From assembly GCA_964406505.1 (NCBI GenBank), contig CAYORX010000007.1, positions 10,841 to 74,840 of the forward strand: a stretch of 64,000 nucleotides of DNA, written 5' to 3'. The notes beneath the pieces are model-generated. The model was not told the DNA's origin. It saw only the letters and a program-made list of their open reading frames with translations, and did not search any database. Shown here piece by piece: positions 56,584 to 64,000 of this stretch; the stretch's first letter is position 1, and each line of letters opens with the position of its first letter. A program made the position numbers and the translations under genes. Source of the stretch: an uncultured Eubacteriales bacterium. GTDB taxonomy: Bacteria; Bacillota; Sulfobacillia; Fermentithermobacillales; Fermentithermobacillaceae.

Positions 56584-58110
56584 CTATTTATCATGCCTTA
56601 ACACCATACCTGGACGAGTTCCATTATGGGTCCCATTTTCTACGACGAAAACACCATTTACGATAACGTTAAGGATTCCAGACGCGTATTGATGCGGAGC
56701 GGTAAATGTAGCGTTGTCAACGACTGTATCTCGATCAAATAGTACCAAGTCAGCCCTCATACCCTGCTTAATAAGCCCACGATCTTGGAGGCCCAACCTC
56801 ATTGCAGGCAACGATGTCATTTTCCTTACTGCCTCTTCTAATCGCAAAACTTTCTGCTCCCTAACGTATCGCCCTAAGATTCTTACGAAAGTTCCATAAG
56901 CCCTAGGATGGGGTTGCCCTATTGCCTCATCTGCATTAAGACCGCTGCCGTCTGAACCTATCATTACCCACGGGCGTTTCATAATCGTTTTTACATCATC
57001 TTCACTCATGGCAAAATTAACGATTCTAACCCGGCCACGATTCCTTTCCAGAAGCCCAAAAGCTGCTTCTTCAGGGTTAATATTTTTGATCTCACCAACT
57101 TCTCGTATACTTTTTCCGATAAACGACTGATCTTCATCATGAGAAAGGTTTGCAATGACTATTTTGTCCCAATACTTATATGCCTTTAATTGCTTAAGGA
57201 TCTTATTACGTTCTATCGGATCGTCTAAACGCTCCGACCCTTCACCCCCAGCCCAAACCGAACGTGGAACAGGCGAACTCATTCCGGTAGACGAAGCAAT
57301 ATATGGATATTGATCTGCTGTAATATCCAAACCTTCCTCCCGTGCCTGTTCGATCATTTTAATTGCCTCCGGTACCTTTTTCCAATTAACATCACGCATA
57401 GCTTTAAAATGCGAGATTTGTACGGGCACCTGAGCTTGTTTTCCGATTTCAATAGCTTCGACAAGCGCTTCTAAGAGCTTTGCGCTTTCATCACGTATGT
57501 GAGTAAAATAAATACCACGATTTTTCGCAACGACTTTCGCAAGTTCTATTATCTCTTGAGTTTTAGAAAATCTCCCAGGCGCATAGACAAGTCCGGTGGA
57601 AAAACCAAACGCCCCCTGTTGCAAAGCATCGTCTAACATGTTTTTCATCTGCTCGACTTCTTCAGCAGTAGCAACCCGACGTGCTTCCCCCATAACTTGT
57701 CGTCTTAAGGTGCCATGTCCTACTATCGGCGCAACATTTACGCTCACACCTTGGGTTTCCAAAACTTTCATGTAAGACGCCATATCAGTCCACGGAACAT
57801 CTTTATTATTATGCTTTTTTACGATGGGCGCAGCAGATGAACCGCATTGTCCGATAACCTCTAATGTAACTCCCTGCATTATTTTGCTATTAGCAGTTGG
57901 ATTGTTAACCAAGGGCCGATCTCCATGAGAATGGGTGTCGATAAATCCTGGAGACAAGTATTTGCCTGTTGCATCAACAGTTCGTTTCGCCGGGTCTTCA
58001 ACTTTGCCAACCTTAACTATAAATCCGTCTTCAATCGCAACATCCGCTTTAAACCATACAGAACCTGTTCCATCCAACACTTTCGCGTTTTTAATGATGA
58101 TATCAAGCAA
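56584..58110 (-). CDS. N-acyl-D-amino-acid deacylase (D-aminoacylase) family amidohydrolase
   Basis: ..IIIKNAKVLDGTG.., GFIDTHSH metal site, ..GSDGS.. C-terminal block. TTG start at 58110 behind AAGGAGGG (track: 58176). Confidence 0.8.
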   Translation of the reverse strand: MLDIIIKNAKVLDGTGSVWFKADVAIEDGFIVKVGKVEDPAKRTVDATGKYLSPGFIDTHSHGDRPLVNNPTANSKIMQGVTLEVIGQCGSSAAPIVKKHNNKDVPWTDMASYMKVLETQGVSVNVAPIVGHGTLRRQVMGEARRVATAEEVEQMKNMLDDALQQGAFGFSTGLVYAPGRFSKTQEIIELAKVVAKNRGIYFTHIRDESAKLLEALVEAIEIGKQAQVPVQISHFKAMRDVNWKKVPEAIKMIEQAREEGLDITADQYPYIASSTGMSSPVPRSVWAGGEGSERLDDPIERNKILKQLKAYKYWDKIVIANLSHDEDQSFIGKSIREVGEIKNINPEEAAFGLLERNRGRVRIVNFAMSEDDVKTIMKRPWVMIGSDGSGLNADEAIGQPHPRAYGTFVRILGRYVREQKVLRLEEAVRKMTSLPAMRLGLQDRGLIKQGMRADLVLFDRDTVVDNATFTAPHQYASGILNVIVNGVFVVENGTHNGTRPGMVLRHDK

Positions 58111-58369
58111 AGTTCTGTCCCTCCTTAAAATACTGTTTGCAAGATCTTGTACGATCGTTTCGCACTTGATTACCAATTTTCCTGTTCCGATCTTGTCATC
58201 CCACTATTTCCTGAAAATTTATTCAAGTTATTCCCAATCCCTTGCATTAACCAGCTGACACCGGAGTGATATAAAAAAAGGATACGAGGTTTGAACATTG
58301 AATTATTAAAAGTGAGTTAACGCTAAATGCAAATCGGGCATAACCAATTTAGGGGGCGAGGGATAGGTA

Positions 58370-59866
58370 ATGAGTCAATTCAAATACGATATTTTGATCA
58401 AGAATGGCACTGTAATTGACGGTACGGGAGAGCCACGATATCTTGCTGATATTGCCGTAAAAACAAACAAAATAGCTGCAATAGGACCCGGACTTTCGGA
58501 TGATTGCGCAACATCCGTAATAGATGCGGATAATATGATAGTTTGCCCAGGATTTATAGATGCTCACTGTCACACAGATTGGGCAATTTTAGATGAACCT
58601 TGGAACGACCGACAGGAACGTCAAGGAGTAACCACACAAGTCGGCGGTGTTTGCGGTACTTCACCGACAGACTTGGCAAAACACTTCAAACAAGTCTCAG
58701 AACAAGGGTTAGGTACCAATTATGCGTTGTTTGCCGGACATGGATCTATTAGGAAAGAAATAATAGGTGATGAAAATCGCAAGCCAAACGCGGACGAATT
58801 GAAACAAATGAAATTGTTGCTTAAAAGGTCTATGAAAGAAGGAGCACTCGGGCTTTCTACAGGCCTTATTTATAAGCCAGGTGTGTATTCAGATACCGAA
58901 GAATTGATTGAAATGGTCAAAGTGATTGCACCATTTCAAGGAATTTATGCAACTCACATGCGCAGCGAAAGCGAGCGCATCGAAGAGGCGCTCGAAGAAG
59001 CGTTTACGATAGCCAAAGCCACAAACGTCCATCTTCAAATTTCCCATATCAAAATTATAGGGCCGCACAATTGGGGAATTGCAAGTAAAATTATTAAGCG
59101 CATACATCAGGAACAAGCGGACGGGCTCAAAATAACTGCAGATCAATATCCTTACGCGATTACAGGAGGCGGGCTCTACACGCTAGCTAGGTTAGTTAAA
59201 GATTACGATTCAAAAACCGGTTTTGAAACATTTGAAAAACAATATGAAGATAACGCCCTTCGCAAGGAAATGGCCGAATATGCGACCGAAATAATCACAA
59301 AGTTAGGCGGTCCTGAGTATGTTTTCATTATTAAGGCTAGTCAAAACAAGCATATCGGCATTTTTTTGAATGAAGCAGCATCTACAGTTTCCCAAAACAT
59401 CGGTGAATTTATAATCGATGAAATATATAATACCCAAGGTCAATTTGCAATGGTGTATCATTCGCTATCAGAAAAAGAGATTAGGCAATTTATGAAACAA
59501 CCTTGGGTCATGGTTGGTTCAGACGGTGTGCCGAATGCATTTCATCCAAGAACCCACGGCACTTTTCCACGATATTTAGGGAGATATGTGCGCAAACAGC
59601 AGGTTCTAGGGCTTGAAGAAGCTATCAAAAAGATCACCGCTCTTCCCGCAGATACCTTTAACTTTGAAAACAGAGGGCAACTCGTTGTAGGTGCTATAGC
59701 AGATATCGTAGTATTCGATCCTAATAAGGTCATAGATAAATCAAACATGGTCGAACATACACTTCGCCCAGTAGGCATTGAACATGTAATCGTCAATGGA
59801 GTGCCCGTTATCGTTCACGAAGAACGCACGGAAGCTATGCCAGGGCAAGTCTTACGGCGTAGTTAA
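58370..59866 (+). CDS. N-acyl-D-amino-acid deacylase (D-aminoacylase) family amidohydrolase, second paralog
   Basis: DILIKNGTVIDGTGEP.., GFIDAHCH, ..VMVGSDGVP... 498 aa. Divergent from its paralog. Confidence 0.8.
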   Translation: MSQFKYDILIKNGTVIDGTGEPRYLADIAVKTNKIAAIGPGLSDDCATSVIDADNMIVCPGFIDAHCHTDWAILDEPWNDRQERQGVTTQVGGVCGTSPTDLAKHFKQVSEQGLGTNYALFAGHGSIRKEIIGDENRKPNADELKQMKLLLKRSMKEGALGLSTGLIYKPGVYSDTEELIEMVKVIAPFQGIYATHMRSESERIEEALEEAFTIAKATNVHLQISHIKIIGPHNWGIASKIIKRIHQEQADGLKITADQYPYAITGGGLYTLARLVKDYDSKTGFETFEKQYEDNALRKEMAEYATEIITKLGGPEYVFIIKASQNKHIGIFLNEAASTVSQNIGEFIIDEIYNTQGQFAMVYHSLSEKEIRQFMKQPWVMVGSDGVPNAFHPRTHGTFPRYLGRYVRKQQVLGLEEAIKKITALPADTFNFENRGQLVVGAIADIVVFDPNKVIDKSNMVEHTLRPVGIEHVIVNGVPVIVHEERTEAMPGQVLRRS

Positions 59867-59995
59867 ATAACGTTTTCAGGATGCCCAGATCAAAATTCAT
59901 TGCATAAATTGCAGATTAAGAATAAATGCTGGGCATCCTAAACTATCAAATGTCACGTTTGTCAAGTACATTTGTGCCCGAAAACGAAATATATT

Positions 59996-61501
59996 TCATC
60001 GCCCAATCAATTTTTTTGCAACAAAAGTCAAGGGAATAAGATCGTTTCTATTAACTAAATCGATATCAAATTTGCGGTTAAGCGCTGCAAAATGTCTTAA
60101 GCCGAAAGCGATTTTGTTTAGATAGGAAAAAACGCCTATCGCACCCGTCGAAAAATTATTGGCATCTGTCCCGTACAACACACGTAAATCAGGCAAGTCT
60201 GCGAAAATACTATCCACGGTATCCCCATATTGTTTAAATAATCTTGGGACTTTTCCTTTTTCTATCATAGTACCGATAGTTTTTGCGCTCATGGCTGCTG
60301 CCATGCTTGATCTACATAACCCGACGGCGGTTACAAAACCATCACCATAAGCCAAAGCCTTATAAACTTGATCTTCAGATGCCAGCCCACCGGTAATAGA
60401 TATTGCTGGTATGTATTTGCCTTCTGCTTTCAGTTGTTTTGCTATATCTACTACTACATTTTCCATACATACAGTAGGAAGACCCCACTCATTCATCATC
60501 TTACAAGGACTATATCCACTACCGCCGCCTGCCCCATCAAAAGTCACCATATCTACATTACATTCTGAAGCCATACGAAGCACTCGTTCTAAATCCGAAG
60601 GGTCGAAACCTGCCATTTTAAAATACACATTTTTAGCGCCCATGTCTCGTACTTGTTCTATCCTTGACGCCATGAAATCTTCATCCCACAGCGGCAATCT
60701 GCCATACATATAAAAATTCGGGCAAATGTTTTGCTCGTAAGCCTTTTGTACCTCGGGATCAGAAGGATCCGGATGTATGAGACCACCTAAGGCCTGTTTC
60801 TCTAGCGCTTCGTCCAAACCACTCAATCTGTTTACCGGTTGTGTTCCCTTTGCGCCTTGGCCGAACTTAAATTCAATAGCTTCTACTCCATGAGACAAAG
60901 CGTATTCGGGAAGACGGACCATATCATCTTCCACATTACACTGTAAAATGATTTGGCCAAAACCTCGATAGTATTTAGAAAATGAATTAGTTATTTCTTT
61001 AAGCCACGGGAAACTCGTAATACGACCCGATGTCATTTCTAACTCTGGATCTTTGCTTTTGGCATCTTCCCCTATTACACAGCACACACCTGCCATTGCT
61101 GCACCCGCAAAATAATCTTCCCAATTTAGTTTTATAAGTGCTGGTAGAATTATAGGCAACTCCATCTTAACCGGGTGTATACTTCCGAAAGAACGCGAAA
61201 GCGAAACGTTAAATATAGTAGCTTCAGCATAATTTTCCTTAACACCGGATGCGCCAAATACTCGACCGTTAATATTGTAATGCGAAAAATCTATCGGGTA
61301 GTCTTTTTCAGAAGCAATCTGATTAGCCCCTGTTGTTGTGGGATACACAGTTTGTGCTCCAAGCACGGCAGCTAAAGCAATTTCGCAAAGTCCGGCACAC
61401 TCTTCTGCACACAAAGAACACATTCCGGATTGCGGTGAAATATGTGATATGCGGTTCTGGGTATTGTTGAATGCAGATGATAAAGGCGGTTGATATGTCA
61501 T
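59996..61501 (-). CDS. glutamate-synthase-related FMN/Fe-S protein (GltB domain-2-like, archaeal-type standalone)
   Basis: N-terminal CSLCAEECAGLC cluster. ..DGAGGGSGYSP.. and ..ISITGGLASEDQVYKALAYGDGFV.. are typical of the GltS FMN-binding domain. SD AAGAGGAGG. Confidence 0.65.
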   Translation of the reverse strand: MTYQPPLSSAFNNTQNRISHISPQSGMCSLCAEECAGLCEIALAAVLGAQTVYPTTTGANQIASEKDYPIDFSHYNINGRVFGASGVKENYAEATIFNVSLSRSFGSIHPVKMELPIILPALIKLNWEDYFAGAAMAGVCCVIGEDAKSKDPELEMTSGRITSFPWLKEITNSFSKYYRGFGQIILQCNVEDDMVRLPEYALSHGVEAIEFKFGQGAKGTQPVNRLSGLDEALEKQALGGLIHPDPSDPEVQKAYEQNICPNFYMYGRLPLWDEDFMASRIEQVRDMGAKNVYFKMAGFDPSDLERVLRMASECNVDMVTFDGAGGGSGYSPCKMMNEWGLPTVCMENVVVDIAKQLKAEGKYIPAISITGGLASEDQVYKALAYGDGFVTAVGLCRSSMAAAMSAKTIGTMIEKGKVPRLFKQYGDTVDSIFADLPDLRVLYGTDANNFSTGAIGVFSYLNKIAFGLRHFAALNRKFDIDLVNRNDLIPLTFVAKKLIGR

Positions 61502-61748
61502 TTCACATCCTCCTCTTTTACTTTGATGGATGAGCTAGTTATGTTTCACAATGTCACAATGTCTAAAATTGCAGCAAACCTTAAATAGCGTTCCGATTTT
61601 TACAAAACAAAGTTAAGATCTGATAAGTTTGGGTTACCACAATTGATCGTAAAGCTAACAGGTGTGAACTGCAATAACCAAAACACTATTAGCTAGCCTC
61701 GCTGCCTATCTCATTAGTGGAAGACGCAATAAAACAAAAAAGTCGTCG

Positions 61749-61847
61749 CCTTCTTTTCTCAACTCAAAGGCTCCACGGTCGCATGGGGAATTCCGATGTG
61801 GTGCTTTTATATACCTTCTTTTCTCAACTCAAAAGCTCCACGGTCGC
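61749..61847. repeat. pair of 34-bp direct repeats separated by a 31-bp spacer
   Basis: CCTTCTTTTCTCAACTCAAAGGCTCCACGGTCGC (61749-61782) and the same with a single G->A change (61814-61847). Confidence 0.8.
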
Positions 61848-61903
61848 TGTATGAACGGATGATGTCACCTTGTGTTTCACCGCTTGTATAAAAAAGTACT
61901 ATA

Positions 61904-62110
61904 TGCAGCATCGCCTGTGCAACATCGCCTGTGCAGCATCGCCTGTGCAGCATCGCCTGTGCAGCATCACCTGTGCAACATCGCCTGAGCAGCATCGCCT
62001 GTGCAGCATCGCCTGTGCAGCATCACCTGTGCAGCATCACCTGTGCAGCATCACCTGTGCAGCATCGCCTGTGCAGCATCGCCTGAGCAGCATCGCCTGT
62101 GCAGCATCGC
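61904..62110. repeat. tandem array of ~15 copies of a 14-bp unit (GCAGCATCGCCTGT with G/A, G/A, T/A variants)
   Basis: Directly visible periodicity. The unit length is not a multiple of 3, and it produces the 14-aa-periodic pseudo-ORFs in the track. Confidence 0.9.
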
Positions 62111-62500
62111 AAATAAAATTGTAACAGACATCGTGTTTTGTTCGATAAATAATATCGTCTACCCATGCGCTTAGATCCTCAAGCAAGATACCTAGAAGGG
62201 TTTTTAACACCTGAACAACGCTTTTCGCGTAAAATTTGTGAATAAAAACGATCATATCACCTAGACCCGCATGGCCATTAAAGGGCCACTTTTCATGTGT
62301 TTTTAGCGTTTCAAACTCAGTTTCGTTAGTTACAATCTCGTATCATGTGTAGTAATTCTAAATCTAGCTAAATCAGGATTTTCCGGCCTGTCGTAGTATA
62401 CTTTTAGAAAATGACTCACAGAACTGAAACTAACAGGGCCTGGTTCATGTGATGAAAACAGTTCGGACAGTCGATGTATTCTTGGATTCCTTTGTCGGCA

Positions 62501-62816
62501 GGTGTTTAAGCGGAAACCATGCTTTGTCGGTACAGATGATGTACCATCCGACGACGATTCGGCCTCGTTCCAGGGTAAATGATACAGATGATGTACCAAC
62601 TAACCGATGTTCTGGCGGAAAACGAGGCTTGTCGGTACAAGTGATGTACCATCCGGCTGGTGTTTAAGCGGAAACCATGCTTTGTCGGTACAGATGATGT
62701 ACCATCCGACGACGATTCGGCCTCGTTCCAGGGTAAATGATACAGATGATGTACCAACTAGCCGATGTTCTGGCGGAAAACGAGGCTCGTCGGTACAGGT
62801 GACGTACCAACCGGCC
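62501..62816. repeat. tandem duplication of a ~158-bp unit (two copies, a few substitutions)
   Basis: GGTGTTTAAGCGGAAACCATGCTTTGTCGGTACAGATGATGTACCATCCGACGACGATTCGGCCTCGTTCCAGGGTAAATGATACAGATGATGTACCAAC... is repeated from 62501 and from 62659. Confidence 0.9.
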
Positions 62817-63027
62817 GGTATTTTAGTTGTTATGGCAATTAGTTGGTACATGTGGCGTACCATTCTAGACCAACGTTGTTTTCTTGCTACCAACAACGGT
62901 ACATATGATACACCAGTCAATAGGTATATGTATTAATCTAAAAGTACCCGGGTAATAATTGAAAACTTCCCCACCGTAGGATAGGCTTTTCCAGCGAAAC
63001 CGGGCCCGATGGTATATCTAATGTACC
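62529..63027. promoter_or_regulatory. array of nine 17-bp palindromes GGTACA-N5-TGTACC (candidate operator/iteron sites)
   Basis: Sites start at about 62529, 62581, 62634, 62687, 62738, 62792, 62845, 62898 and 63011. Examples are GGTACAGATGATGTACC, GGTACAAGTGATGTACC, GGTACATGTGGCGTACC and GGTATATCTAATGTACC. Confidence 0.6.
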
Positions 63028-63119
63028 AATCCGTGCGTGGTTTCCTTTGGAAGGGAATATTCCGACATATTGGTAACCAGGTGGGCAACAGAAATCCTCT
63101 ATAAATCTATTACAAAACG

Positions 63120-63977
63120 TCAATCCGCAGTTTTTTTATACTTTCCCCTACGCATATCGCGTGCTTTTCCCCTACGGTGGTAGGCTATATATTGCAAGCA
63201 TAACTCTTCTAGACCGCCTGCATACATACCATCCATATCAATGAGTTTGATCGGAACAGATTTGGGGATTTTTTTGAACATGTTTTTCAACGTAAGATCT
63301 TCTGATGTTATGGTAATGAGCATAACGTTGTGTTTGCGGCTTAGTTGCTCTTTAAGGCTGTCCCTAGCCTTGGTATTCGCCAACTTTTTTGGGTCTGGAA
63401 AATCCGAAGTAGTTTCGAAATGTTGCCTGCCTTGGAATTCGCCGGCAATCTTTGCATGAAAACAATATCGATCATACTCGAGAAACTCGCCACTCATGGA
63501 AGATTGGAGAAACCAGGGGCGGACATTGTCTATCCACGGCGATACGTCTATGATTTGCTCAAACCTTAGTTTCATTTTAAACTCGCCGACCCTTGGACTC
63601 ATTCTTATACATTCTCTAATATAGTCAAGTTTAGTTTTTTGGATTCGCTTTGGAAGTGTTGGAATCATTAACTGACTGTTGTCTAGGTGTTTGATGATAA
63701 TCCATTCCTTTTCAACCAAAGAGGCAACCAACCTACTTACTACCGTACGGTGCACACCGATACGACTGGCAAATTCACGAATGGAGCGCGGTTTTAGCAT
63801 TTGTAGCTGCATATAAAGGGACTTAGCCCTTTCATCAATCGAAGGGTCGCAAGCAAGCCCCCTAGGCATAGGTATAACCTGCCTTTGGGATGGAAGAGAC
63901 AAAGCCCGTTCTAAAATTTCCCTCAGTTTGATACTAACACCCCTTGGTAAATAATGACATTCGCCATATATTACCAC
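63120..63977 (-). CDS. hypothetical protein with N-terminal winged-HTH-like segment; C-terminal domain unknown
   Basis: ..KPRSIREFASRIGVHRTVVSRLVASLVEKEWII.. looks like a MarR/wHTH recognition-helix region. No family is recognised for the C-terminal ~150 aa. Start uncertain. Confidence 0.4.
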   Translation of the reverse strand: MVIYGECHYLPRGVSIKLREILERALSLPSQRQVIPMPRGLACDPSIDERAKSLYMQLQMLKPRSIREFASRIGVHRTVVSRLVASLVEKEWIIIKHLDNSQLMIPTLPKRIQKTKLDYIRECIRMSPRVGEFKMKLRFEQIIDVSPWIDNVRPWFLQSSMSGEFLEYDRYCFHAKIAGEFQGRQHFETTSDFPDPKKLANTKARDSLKEQLSRKHNVMLITITSEDLTLKNMFKKIPKSVPIKLIDMDGMYAGGLEELCLQYIAYHRRGKARDMRRGKYKKTAD

Positions 63978-64000
63978 GGAATGACAAGGTTTGGCAATAA

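Noticed and set aside
61749-61847. CRISPR array call for the 34-bp direct-repeat pair
   Set aside because: There are only two repeats and one spacer, no cas genes in 64 kb, and the repeat has no recognisable hairpin. It is kept as a low-interest finding, not a CRISPR feature.
61807-62255. ORFs 61807..61995 (-), 61870..62124 (+) and 62037..62255 (-) with 14-aa periodic sequences (QHRLCSIACAASPV...)
   Set aside because: They are artefacts of translating the 14-bp tandem array in different frames.
62330-62920. Three overlapping minus-strand ORFs (89, 83 and 106 aa) with the repeated peptide MVHHLYHLPWNEAESSSDGTSSVPTKHGFRLNT, and plus-strand ORFs 62449..62667 and 62607..62936
   Set aside because: They are translations of the 158-bp tandem duplication and the palindrome array. 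They have no SDs, their reading frames are mutually exclusive, and the repeat structure explains the periodic protein sequence.
61502-63119. Chromosomal replication origin (oriC) as the explanation for the repeat-dense locus
   Set aside because: On a non-exhaustive by-eye scan I found no TTATCCACA-type DnaA boxes and no dnaA or dnaN nearby. The repeats are GGTACA-based palindromes, not DnaA boxes. A plasmid or phage-type iteron origin remains possible and is mentioned in the findings.

Overview
This is a bacterial chromosomal window, densely coding, with most genes on the minus strand. It has strong GGAGG-type ribosome-binding sites, several TTG starts, a T-box leader, a Moco-type riboswitch and a csoR/copZ/copA copper operon, which together suggest a Firmicutes-like or similarly regulated, probably anaerobic, bacterium. 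The exact lineage cannot be fixed from the sequence alone. I support about 57 protein genes.

The dominant theme is uptake and hydrolysis of peptides and of D-amino-acid- or gamma-glutamyl-containing compounds. The hydrolases are an amidase, two gamma-glutamyltransferase-family paralogs, two D-aminoacylase paralogs, two M20 peptidases, an M24, an M28-like, an M55 D-aminopeptidase, an S9-like protein and a beta-lactamase-fold hydrolase. Alongside them sit glutamate racemase, AnmK and a Ddl-like ligase. Transporters flank these genes: tungstate TupABC behind a Moco-type riboswitch, a T-box-controlled ABC transporter, a TAXI-TRAP system, lactate permease and AtoE.

Three things stand out as candidates for something new:
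- A four-gene cassette of uncharacterised membrane proteins is present in two diverged copies, at 1-2752 and at 51983-54868, and appears to be built from an internal two-gene duplication.
- A conserved-but-uncharacterised cluster encodes two MinD-like Fe-S ATPases, a NifX-like protein and a small Gly/Arg-rich protein, behind a near-consensus promoter.
- A 1.6-kb repeat-dense non-coding locus at 61.5-63.1 kb holds a 34-bp direct-repeat pair, a 14-bp tandem array of about 15 units, a 158-bp tandem duplication and nine GGTACA-N5-TGTACC palindromes, next to an HTH-protein gene.

A further oddity is an S9 peptidase homolog whose nucleophile elbow reads GWIITQ instead of GGSYGG. No rRNA, tRNA, CRISPR array or transposase was recognised.
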